Below are positions 50,461 through 62,196 of a stretch of 64,000 nt of DNA, in pieces (position 1 is the first letter of the stretch; the number at the start of each line of letters is the position of its first letter). The notes below the pieces were generated by a model. The model worked only from the letters and a program-made list of their open reading frames with translations. It ran no database searches and had not been told where the DNA came from. This DNA comes from Mytilus californianus (taxonomy: Eukaryota): NCBI RefSeq assembly GCF_021869535.1, contig NW_026262701.1:35960001-36024000 (forward strand), given 5' to 3'. The translations under genes and the position numbers were made by a program.

Positions 50461-53400
50461 TTGAAGAATCACTATCAATTAAGTTGTATAAAGTGTTAAA
50501 AGAGAAAGCAAACAATCTACCACTGTGCTACTGATATATAGGAATATAAAAAATATTTAAGGTAAGTTTATTTTTCTTATTTTCATAAAAACGAAAAAAT
50601 TATCATGGATTTGAAGGAAGTATTAATGAAGATTATAATTAACTTTGTATGTCTTTTTATACAATATATATATATATTATATTAAAGGTATTGAGTTTCA
50701 AAATTTATGTTAGAAAATATTATAATAAAGTCTATGGTTGTCTTATGTTGTACGTATTTTAATGTTTTGTTGCTATTTGAAGCATTTTGTGTTGATGGCA
50801 GATCTTTTCTAGTTAATTTACAACTTTGTGTACTCAATTAATAAGAGCTTCGCATATTATAAAGACACTCGTGTTTGTAAAAGACTTTGTGTAGTCCTCT
50901 AGGTGTCTTCAGTTGGTTTTATTTGCTGTTTGGTCGCTGTGTATACGTAATTGACGTCTTTATTTATTTACATATCTCGTAATCATCATCATTGTCGTCG
51001 TCAAAGAAACCGAGTAGCTCATATTTTTAGAAAGAAGAAAGTAATCTGACCCTACGAATACCGTTTCTTTTATGGTACATGTAGTTTTGGTTTTCACAAA
51101 GGCCTTATATTTCCCAGACTGTAACAATACCATATATTTCACAATATTGATAATATAAAGTGTTTATATACGTGTTGCAATCAAGATAGAGGGCTGATCT
51201 TCAAAATTTTGAAAAATGATCAGGACTAAAAATATATATCAATCCGGTCGATATTTCTTTATCGCGGGAATTTTGTGTCTTTTTAAATTGCTGTCTCATT
51301 GATGTTATCCACTGATTTACCTTTATTAATAGATGTAGGAAAATTTTGATATTTGCTCGTTTTTTTTTGTTAACTTGGTCCGACATCAATCGGCTGATGC
51401 CACTTCCCTCTCCTGAATAACCCCGTATGTCGTATATTTCATTTTATGACCAACCCCAATGTTTTTTTTACACGAAACTGAAAACTGCATGTATAGATAT
51501 TAGCAGAGACGTTTTGCTTTATGTGGTTCTGATATTAGTAATCTATCCAAGATTGTAAACCGAGACCAATACTCGGGTGACCTTCATGTCCTAGGTTTAA
51601 GTTTGGAGGCTAGCTGCTACACGTATCACCGAAACGGCAATCATATCAAATCTCCCTAATTTTTCTTTAAAAAAAAGGAGGTCAATCTGGGCATGCATTT
51701 GAACTACGACATATGACGATTTCAATGCGCGTGACATATGTTTCATAAGTAATCCCGCATCACTGAACATTTTACGAACGATGCGTTTTGATTTCTTTGT
51801 CTTTTGATCATACATGAATTTCACACAGATTTTATTATAAGAAAAGGAACTTGTTTGACTCAGTATAATATGTAAACTCAGCCTATAACATGTAGGGGAT
51901 ATATGTAGCTTTCACTTAAAAAATCACTACCGTATGTAGTGCACTAATGTTTAAAGTTTGTTGAAAAATCGATTGCAAAAAAAAAAACAACAAAATAGTG
52001 TGTTCCACAAGTCATAACAAACATATATGGCCACTTACTGTCTAACCAGCGACATCACTTGATCTTTCAAATTTAATTTTCCATCAGAAGCAGGGAAGAT
52101 GGACATGTTTAAAAAACACTGACCAAAACCACTTAGGATATTTAACAGATGGATAAAAATGTTTGTCGGTATCCCGGGTGAGAACGTTATCTTTACGACA
52201 TATAAATAGCTGTGTAATTGACAGTTTAAAACTCCCAAGTATCCTCATTGATACACGATATCTCTGCTACTGCTTGCCGTCAAAGGAATTTCCCAATACA
52301 CCTTCTCCGCCTTCAAGTGTGAAGAACACTTAAATCACAAGGAGGGTTTCTTGTTCCTTTCATATGGAATAATCTTGTGACTTCTATTCTGATTTATGGG
52401 TCATAGATGAAATAAAGAAGTTGATCTTTGTCTTTATCAAGGGTCTGCACGTAGAACACAAGACAAAAAGCGTGTGAGAAGTAGAAATTAAGATGTCACA
52501 ATAATTGTCTTCGGATTCTTCAGATCTCTTTTATTATATAGTCTTTTGTTTTTAGGTTACCTACGTTGTTTTAGAAATATCGTTCTGGGTGACAATGGGG
52601 ACATTAAATTTTCTTTAGATCTACATGAAAAACACACATTAACAAATATGTGAAATATAAAAAAAAGTGATGATATTCATGATTGATACATGAACCACAA
52701 CAAACAATAACCAACACATATTTTTTTTCCGGCAAGAAAGTAAACCGAACAATGAAAGTAACTTGACATACTACAGGCAATAATATGGTGGGATTGAATT
52801 ATTTGTGACTTATGAGTTTGGTATATTCCGCCTCTTTTGTGTAGTAGAAAAAAACTGTCCTAACTGTTAAAAAACAACTTTGAAGTGATATGGAAAGTTA
52901 CTTAGTTAAATCCCATCATATAATAAATGTGCATGTATCTGTATCAAGGAAGAATGTCTATCTCATGTGTGGATCATAATTATTTGCATATTCTGTGCGT
53001 AAAGTTTTTTCTCTTGGATTTGTCCTGTTATATGCATGTGAAATTTGTAACTTGACGTTTCACAAACAACAAGGCAATCCATTTTTCTTGGGCAAGTTGG
53101 TTAGTAACTATTGCAGGTTATGGCGTGGTAAATGTACATGAAATATTATATTGTGATTTCTGACAGAAAATTGTAGTAAATCATAGTTTCATTTGCTTAC
53201 AAATTTATCTTTATTTCTATAGGTTTTATGTATTGTTTTATGTCTGATAAGCATATGTCCACAATGCTTGTCATATTGCTCCACTGTTTGTAGCCTATTC
53301 TCTGATCTGTTTTGTTCTAACATTAGAGTTTAAGGAGCTAAAGCCTGTTCAGAGCGTAGCAGATCGCAAATCATTGACTATGGAAATGATATAGAGGCTT

Positions 53401-54893
53401 CACTCAACTGATGGCTATCGTTGTAGTGATTTTTTTGTGACGAGCAGTGATCAATACTCCCACTTACATTTAAAATAAAATAAAAAACAATATTTAAATA
53501 ATGTTACCAAGTTAATAAATAGTTTTGTTTCTGTGCTACCCGGGGAAGTGAGGCAGACTTGAGGACAAAATAAATAAAACGATTGTAAACACTGATAGGA
53601 AAGCAGTAACAACCAACACCAAAACTATTTCCTGTACCCGAGGCGCCATCTGGGGTAAATAATGATGTTATCCACTTCCGATAATGTGATGACTATAGAT
53701 ATCCCTTAAAAAAGTGTAACATTACGTGCTTTCTTGTTAAATATGCCATTCAATGAAGATATAAATATTATATGTTTTTGTAAGTTGTCAAACCGTATCA
53801 ATTATAATTGACTGAAGTCGCGACTTCACAAATCAATTAAGTGATTTTCTTTTCCGGTTGTCATTGTTCGATGTTTTTTGTAATGTTTATTAGTTTGGCC
53901 TTCTGAAACCCCTTATTATGGTGAAGTACTGTAATAGATTAGTTATTTTTCATATTTTGTTCAACTTCGATAAATTATCTGTTCCATCTCTCTGAGGACT
54001 GTGTTCATTTCTTTATTTTTATACCTATGGGGGCCATCTTCTTATGATCAAAGTAAACTTATACGAGACATATTTTGACCTTCCGACATTAGCCAAATAA
54101 ACACCTATCATTAAAATGCATATATAGAATATCATCAATAATCTGTATAAAAGATATTAAATATGTTTTAAAGATTGGTCTCAATTGCACGTTTTATAAG
54201 CCCCTAGCTTTTATTAAAGTAGACGGAAATTGTCTCTTTGAAAGACATATAAAAACTAATAAAAATAAAAACTTTTTTGAATATGGAAAAGTTTTATAAG
54301 TTTTCATAATTGAAATAAGAGATTAAGTTGTATTTTATGATTATTTGCTGTTCAAGACGTTGTTTTATGTTTCCAGACAACGTAGCGTTACTGCATTCAG
54401 TCACTGGTTTTAAAATAAAATTGGAGAAAATCATCAACATAGAAAGCTTTTAATGAGAGTTTTAAATTTATTTGTTGTATGTTAAGTATAATTCTCAGAG
54501 ATTTATGTAATTTTAAAGTTGAAGGGGACAATTACCCCCTTAAAGGCATATTCACAACTTCAGGGAGTAGAAATCAACATTAAATAAGAAAAAGACATTA
54601 TAATAAGAAGGAGTTAAAAAAACCTCAAGTTCACTAATGCCTTCTGATGCCTGTAGAAGTACAAGACAACATTATCAAGAGAGAGAGAAAAGACCATTGA
54701 ATTCTGAGATACCAGTTTATTCTCCTTTGTAGAACAACTCATAGTCTCTGAATTACTTTATTTGTCCTCATATATTGTGAACTATATTTTTCTTGGCGAT
54801 TTTTTTTGTTTGATAAAGATCTTCACGAGTTTGTAACGGAGTTTCCTCTCTGTGCCCCTGGTAGAGCTAACGATACTTTTATCTGCCAATGCC

Positions 54894-56058
54894 CATGTAC
54901 ATTGTGGCATTAGTTTAACTTTGTAATATCTGGTCTACATGTACATTGTGGCATTAGTCTGACTTTGTAATATCTGGTCTACATGTACATTGTGGTATTA
55001 GTATGACTTTGTAATATCTGGTCTACATGTACATTGTGGCTTTAGTCTGACTTTGTAATATCTTGTCTACATGTACATTGTGGCATCAGTCTGACTTTGT
55101 AATATCTTGTCTACATGTACATTGTGGCATGAGTATGACTTTGTAATATCTGGTCTACATGTACATTGTGGCATTAGTCTGACTTTGTAATATCTGGTCT
55201 ACATGTACATTGTGGCATTAGTCTGACTTTGTTATATCTGGTCTACATGTACATTGTGGCATTAGTCTGACTTTGTAATATCTTGTCTACATGTACATTG
55301 TGGCATTAGTCTAACTTTGTAATATCTGGTCTACATGTACATTGTGGTATTAGTATGACTTTGTAATATCTGGTCTACATGTACATCATCAGTGTGGCTT
55401 TAGTCTGACTTTGTAATATCTTGTCTACATGTACATTGCGGCATCAGTCTGACTTTGTAATATCTTGTCTACATGTACATTGTGGCATGAGTCTGACTTT
55501 GTAATATCTGGTCTACATGTACATTGTGGCATAAGTCTGACTTTGTAATATCTGGTCTACATGTACATTGTGGCATGAGTCTGACTTTGTAATATCTGAT
55601 CTACATGTACATTGTGGCATTAGTCTGACTTTGTAATATCTGGTCTATATGTACATTGTGGCATTAGTCTGACTTTGTAATATCTGGTCTACATGTACAT
55701 TGTGGCATTAGTATGACTTTGTAATATCTGGTCTACATGTACATTGTGGCATTAGTCTGACTTTGTAATATCTGGTCTACATGTACATTGTGGCATTAGT
55801 CTGACTTTGTTATAGCTGGTCTACATGTACATTGTGGCATTAGTCTGACTTTGTAATATCTTGTCTACATGTACATTGTGGCATTAGTCTGAATTTGTAA
55901 TATCTTGTCTACATGTACATTGTGGCATTAGTCTGCATTTGTAATATCTGGTCTACATGTACATTGTGGCATTAGTCTGACTTTATAATATCTTGTCTAC
56001 ATGTACATTGTGGCATTAGTCTGACTTTGTAATATCTGGTATACATGTACATTGTGGC
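54894..56058. repeat. 44-bp minisatellite (catgtacattgtggcattagtctgactttgtaatatctggtcta), about 26 units
   Basis: Period 44 (54901 to 54945); one 7-bp insertion near 55385. Confidence 0.95.
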
Positions 56059-56928
56059 AAGTGATATTTTATTTCAACGGAGAAATTGTTTTTTTTGCAC
56101 ACCCGACATATTTGTACAAGTTATAATAGTTTATCAGATATACATGTAACAACATTACATGACAGTAAAATACAGCTGGTAGCTAGAACATAGATATATG
56201 ATTTATGTAGGTCAGAAATACTGTTGTTGCATGTTTTTATCATTGCAACATTTCACCTTTTCCTGTTTCCGAGATTTTCAGGAAAAACAGACTTTTTAGA
56301 TTAAGATCGCTATCAAACATCACCATAAAATCATTTTCTGACACTTGACATTTCAGGATTGCATTTTTTATAGCAGCCATATAATTTTAAAATTTAAACT
56401 AAAATTAAATGCGATAACAATCAAGTGCACTTTAATCACGTGACTTTAATGTATTTGTCTGATGGGAAATGTATATAATACATGAATTATGTGTAAAGTA
56501 AAGAAAGGCTACGCCTATTTATATAACAAGAGACCTATATGTAATAGTGCTGCACTCAGCAAAACAGAATTGTGTCCTGTTACTTTTAATAGAAAGAAAG
56601 GATGATGTGTATTTGTCTTCAAACACCTGCACGAAATTGGAAAAAAAAACAGAAACAAAAACAAAAAACACAAAGACACATTGGCCGCTTGTATTGCTGT
56701 TCTTTATCTTAAATTCAGAGTGAGGCTTACTATTCCAAAAAGAATCTCATATTTCACTGCAAGTTTCTAGTACCGGTTTGTGTAAAATGTTTTGCTACAT
56801 GTCAATAACTTGGCATTGCAGCACACATGTGCAGGGTATTTTCAGCACAATACAGACAATAACGATGACAGATAATTAATTTAGAATAAATACTGTCAAA
56901 GTTTGCCAGACAATCTCGAAATTTAGAA

Positions 56929-56966
56929 ACAAGGATTTGTATAGTGAGCACTATACAAATCCTTGT
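56929..56966. repeat. 38-bp palindrome (18-bp perfect arms, 2-nt loop)
   Basis: acaaggatttgtatagtg-ag-cactatacaaatccttgt. Confidence 0.9.
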
Positions 56967-57477
56967 CAGAAACCATACAAACATTTACATGTATTACTAA
57001 GTGTCACTCTTCACTGTTAGCAGATGTAAGTTAATAATACGGAAAGGTGTTTGGACATTCATAAGCCTAGAGAGATACGTACTAGTAAGGTGAAGAAGCG
57101 TCACCTAGAATCATGGATAAATTAACGATTTAAATGGCTTTATTTACTTTGCTTGAACATTTCGCCAGGATTATTTATCAGTTCATAACACAACTTTGGA
57201 TTTAAGAGCTGTCATACATGTATTTACTGAGCCCGAAAATTAACTTTCACACCTTCATGTCACCCGTGTAATAAATTTTGACAGTAGTTTAATTGATTTC
57301 AGAATACTGGAAAAATAAATCCTATAAACATGTTTTATTACCTTTTTAAATCTTGTGAGAAAATCAGTGGGAGTTGAAAAACTAAAATTCTGAGACACTA
57401 ACTATGATTTTATGCAGCTAGCCTTGTGATGGTCACTGAAAATTACATTTCAAGAACCTGCTCTGGCAAGAATATAT

Positions 57478-57682
57478 ATAGAAAAAGAAAGGATATGGGG
57501 TATCCATCCATGACATAAAATCAATATATGCATAGCAAAAAAAAACAAAAAAAACGCAAAGGAACAGCGCTTTCATTGTTCGTCTTAAAGTCAATGTGAG
57601 GCCTTGATCACGGTGCAAAAAAACCCTCTGCAAGTTTAAGACGGTCCCTATATATAGCACCGGCTTGAGAGGAGTTCTTTGA
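57478..57682 (-). repeat. Repeat family C copy
   Basis: Reverse complement matches about 30925-31110 (aaagcgctgttcctttgc...catggatggatacc). Confidence 0.85.
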
Positions 57683-58862
57683 AACTGACGATCACGCTAC
57701 AACTGAATTAAAGAACAAAGTCATGGAGTATTATTAATCAAATAAATCTGGCAAAGAAATCAAATAGGTTTTTTTTTACACCCAGTGTATAGTGACTTTA
57801 GCAAGTCTTAAGATACTTGTATGTATTAAACGTTTTCTGGTATATATATCAGTACTCGCTCAAAATATCATCATGTCTAAGATATTCGAACCTACGTTCA
57901 AATGCTTACTTTAAATTTGAGACTAACACAATTTTAGAAAAAAAATACTAGGGAAAATCTTAAGTCAGTTTAAATCGAAATTGTTGACTTTTTCAGGACG
58001 TTTAAAGTTTATAGGTAAGTCTAGGAGTGTCAGAAATGCATTCTCTAAATTATTCATTTCTAATATATATTTAAAAAAAGTCATTATTTATATATATAGA
58101 CAGTAAAGGCTAAATGCTTTCTCATTCTAATCGCGCAAATTTCCATTATGATTACCGATTGACTGAATTTTCTGTTTGACTATTTATCCCAAATGTATCA
58201 TCAGTTTTATGTTATTAATGAAATAGTTAAAATAACCGCGGCTGCTTAAATTCACGTCATTTGGTGGATAGTTATCTCACTACAATCATACCACATCTCC
58301 CTATTGTATACTGCTCATACAGGACATAAAACTATTGATGTTAGTAATCCTCCTTCCAGCTTCACGAGTCAACGGGAAGCATATTGAACTCCTTTTTAAT
58401 ATATAGATACATTTACATGCAATCTATTTGCGCCTTTGGTTAGAACCAAATTGAATTGTAACAAAATTTCAGGACTGTGATTACTTTCTTTTTTGCAGAA
58501 TTTAAGTCGTAAATTTTGACACTAAATTGTAAAATTTAAATTTTCTGTTTCATTTCATGATCTTTTGAAAGATAAGTTAACTCCTTCCTCAAAAGTCACT
58601 GTATTAATAAGTTTTTGTAACACCGTGCATGTCATCTAAGCGACTGACACAATTAATGATAAAAGGGCACTTAATTAAACAAAAGCTAATCCGCTTAGGA
58701 TCAAAGTGTTGAAAACGTTTTAGAGTTAATTAGTCTTTTACTAGTTATTTTCACTTTTTAAATTTGAGTGACTCATTTAAACCGTCAGGTAAATGCTAGC
58801 AAAGTTAATTAGAGAGATCACAAAATCAAAATATTAAGAAGTTAATATTGCTTTTCTTGGAT

Positions 58863-58870
58863 TATATAAA
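58863..58870 (+). promoter_or_regulatory. Candidate TATA box of gene B (TATATAAA)
   Basis: About 160 nt upstream of the GTAAGT donor, similar to the gene A layout. Confidence 0.45.
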
Positions 58871-59014
58871 TAAATGGTTTTAAAAAAGTGTTACCAAACT
58901 AATTGAAATCGTGAGAAAATTAAGTCAGAAAGGCGACAGTACCCAGTGGGATACAATTGACAAAATATTTATTAAGTTTGCTGAGTTATATCTATATTAG
59001 AATATCAAGGCAAA

Positions 59015-59023
59015 ATGAATAAA
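59015..59023 (+). CDS. Predicted first coding segment of gene B (ATG AAT AAA = M-N-K), spliced in phase 0 to 59444
   Basis: caaaATGAATAAA/GTAAGT: A at -3, consensus donor at 59024, in frame with the main exon; intron 59024-59443 (420 nt). Confidence 0.55.
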
Positions 59024-59443
59024 GTAAGTATGCATGTCATGTAACTGTGATAAGTTGCACACGTTTTGAAATATAAACTGAATGATCTTTTAAAAAAGTT
59101 AATATTAGCTTTACACTGGCATATATTCTATGTCGCTAATGCGTAACCATTAATTAAAATGCGTAAAACTGCTACGAATGATTTTAATAGATAGTTTACC
59201 ATTAAAATGTTTGCTGCCACCAGTGCAATTTATTGATGTTTTATCAGTTGCATAGTTTACTTACAATCTCATACTTGACCTAATGTGCTTTACGATAAAC
59301 ACAAAGGGTTTTTGATAAACAAACATCGTTTGGAAAATAAAATAATAATACCGAAAGGATCAGTCTCTTAGAAACATACGCTTAAAGCATATACTAACCT
59401 TTGTTTAAAATCCTAAAAATATTTTTACTTTTTTTATTTGTAG

Positions 59444-60670
59444 ATGTTTCGGTGGCTAAAAAACGGAAAGAACAAAGAGAAGACCTCCAAAGAAAAATCT
59501 GTTAGTGATAATTATGGTTTTCACAACCAGTCAAATTCAAATTACGGATTCCAAGAAAGTAAATGTCAAGAAAATCTGGATTCTTCAGTTCATATTTATG
59601 ATGAGATAAGTGAAGTTTCAGAAATTTCATTTTCAAGGCAATTCACTCTTTTACCAGAGAAAACTAACATGGGAAATAATGTTGAAGGACCATATTTAGT
59701 CGTACCAATATTACCAAGTAGGAGAACATCTTCAAAAAGGGATGAAGTTCAGGAAGACGAAACAGATTTAAATAAAAAATCGTTTATGAAAAACGAAAGG
59801 AAACAGAGAGTATACAATGCACCTTGGGATAAGCCTAAAACTGAGCAAGGTGAAAAACATAAAAATTCATTTATTCATCCAGCATTTCGTGACTCAGATT
59901 CTGGCTACACGTGCAACAGTGTAAGCACCAGAACGGACTCCGATCGTGTTAATAATGACAGTGATACAGGATGCGAATATGACATGAGCATTTCAACGGA
60001 AAGTGACGTTAGCAGCGAGTATAAGGATCTTATAAGTAAAATACAAAACAATTTAACATTAAAACATCAAATCTTAGAAATGATAAAGGAGTCTGAAAAT
60101 GGGGATAGCGGGGAAATTAAACCGTCTGTAAAGATCACGTCATCATCTTCGCTCGATTCTTGCGAGTTCATTCGGTCACGTGATACTTTTGACAGAGACG
60201 ATACTGAGTCAGAATACAGTAGTGGATTTGAGGAATATGAGTTGGACGAACATTTGTCATGTGAAATTCCCTCAGCAAAGACCGTAAACAGAAAAAGTAA
60301 ATTTCATAGGAATACCTCTGCAGCAAGTTCTGAAAGTGGAAAATCTACCGTAGATCCAAGTGTTTCTAATACCGAGACGTCGTACAAATTACAAACCAAC
60401 AGCCTCAAAGAACAATATGTTATCCCCAAAAGGACCTGCAACCTTCAAAGTAAAAGTTCGACCTCAATAGACATTTCTAAAGATAAGAATGTCGACCTTT
60501 ATGGCATATGTTCAAGATCCAAACGGAATTCGATGCATTCAGCCTCACCAGTATTTCCTAGTCCAACAAATACCTACCAAAAAACTAGCAACACTAGATA
60601 TTCCAGTTCAAATAGAATGCTCGGGGATCTTATAAACATGAACCATAACATGCAAACAATGAAATTTTAA
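59444..60670 (+). CDS. Gene B main coding exon: uncharacterised 408-aa (411 with exon 1) Ser/acidic-rich, probably disordered protein; paralog of gene A
   Basis: 1.2-kb stop-free ORF directly preceded by a strong polypyrimidine acceptor (tttttacttttttttatttgtAG/ATG). Motifs are colinear with gene A. Confidence 0.9.
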   Translation: MFRWLKNGKNKEKTSKEKSVSDNYGFHNQSNSNYGFQESKCQENLDSSVHIYDEISEVSEISFSRQFTLLPEKTNMGNNVEGPYLVVPILPSRRTSSKRDEVQEDETDLNKKSFMKNERKQRVYNAPWDKPKTEQGEKHKNSFIHPAFRDSDSGYTCNSVSTRTDSDRVNNDSDTGCEYDMSISTESDVSSEYKDLISKIQNNLTLKHQILEMIKESENGDSGEIKPSVKITSSSSLDSCEFIRSRDTFDRDDTESEYSSGFEEYELDEHLSCEIPSAKTVNRKSKFHRNTSAASSESGKSTVDPSVSNTETSYKLQTNSLKEQYVIPKRTCNLQSKSSTSIDISKDKNVDLYGICSRSKRNSMHSASPVFPSPTNTYQKTSNTRYSSSNRMLGDLINMNHNMQTMKF

Positions 60671-61130
60671 AAGACTTTGTAAATTCTTCACGATCATCGT
60701 CGAGGAAGTCTACACAAATAAGCATGACAACTAAGGCATTGGTTCCAACCAACTTGAATGTCAAGGCAACACAAATGATGATTGACATCAATGAACGATT
60801 TAGTAAGTAATTGAAATTAAAATTTATAGTTTATACATTAGTATGAGAATCATTAACTCAATATAATTATCAACAAGATTTTCCGATATCCAGGATCGGC
60901 AAAAGTAAATAATTCATAATTAATGACGGAATAAATGATAAATCTTTAAAACTAAAAATTTCAAGAGATTAGAAAAAATTTCTGTGCAGCAAATGCTTTG
61001 CAAAATGTTCAATTATTAACAATATTATGAGCGCATTTTATGATAAGATTTGACCTCTTTTGGCTTTCTGTAGAATATACATTTTCGTATGCATGTTTTA
61101 TAAATGTTATGTTTGCCTTGAAGAAAACAC

Positions 61131-61136
61131 AATAAA
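61131..61136 (+). terminator. Candidate polyadenylation signal of gene B (alternative at 60930-60935)
   Basis: AATAAA followed by T/GT-rich sequence, 460 nt after the stop codon. Confidence 0.3.
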
Positions 61137-62094
61137 TTTATTATGACACTTTTATAGCACTTACATTTTATTTTCTGTATTGTTGGAAGTCAATAGTGTC
61201 GGAACAATTTATCTGCTCGCACCTCTATTCATAATGATATTTATTGCACGGGTCAAATCTGATAGAATAAATATATAATTAGAAGAAAAGATCTTATATT
61301 TGGACTGAAGTTCTGTGTAAAGCCCAGGAAAATCAAGTCTCGTTGACACAAGACAAAATAAATACATTGTATGTACATGCGTTTTAATTAGTAGACCAAA
61401 ATTGCAGGTTGAACCTAAAATTAAAGTGATCTATTGCTTTTATGAAATCTTATGATTTAATTGAACTAATTATTTTCCTATTTCTCTTTCAGACAAGACG
61501 ATAAAGAGCGCCACCAAGAAAAAACATGTAAAGTACACAAACAATGTTAGTGCTATGTCATTTACATAAATAACAAAATTTAACTACTTAGTTTTTTGTT
61601 CTTTCAATTGAAACACTTCAAAGACAAAGATCATTTGTGGTGGTCTTTAGGCTCTTTGTTAACCCAGTTAAAAGGAAAATTGGGAGGAGCAGAGCAAACG
61701 GAGAGGTTAAGTCCCGATGATCCGAAAGGCGATTAAGATGTTACCTTTTTCTCTCAAGATTTAACTTTTTAAGACCTTGTAATCAATGCCTTTTAACTTT
61801 ATAAATCTGAACGCATCTTTGATTTTTTGTTTAGCATCTATTTTTTATGACAGATCACATAATCACATATTCAGACATTCTGTCTGGTTCACTTAAAAGT
61901 ACACAAACCTTTAAGCAAAACATGCCACAGTCTTCTATCCAGCCATTCTTAGTAGAGGACATGATAGCTAGAGAAATTCAAAAAACCATAAATCGAAGAA
62001 CCATAACATGCAAAATACATTATAACCAATAGAGAAAAAAAATAACAAACAGCAGTCCTCAAATAAGCATATTTGTCTCATTGGCAATCATACC

Positions 62095-62196
62095 ACATCT
62101 TCTTTATATATATATAGAAAAATAAAGACCGAACAACACCAGCTACATCTTTTTATATATATATAGAAAAATAAAGACCGACCAACACCAGCTACA
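62095..62196. repeat. Two-copy tandem duplication, about 50-bp period
   Basis: acatct...tatatatatagaaaaataaagaccga(a/c)caacaccagct occurs twice. Confidence 0.85.

Noticed and set aside
51597-51824. 75-aa minus-strand ORF with protein-like composition
   Set aside because: No homology recognised, no ATG in good context and no clear splice signals.
58910-58917. CSL/Su(H)-type CGTGAGAA site in gene B exon 1, suggesting a Notch target or Bearded-like gene
   Set aside because: A single site, with similar 8-mers elsewhere; the proteins lack the Bearded NxxN, G and DRW motifs.
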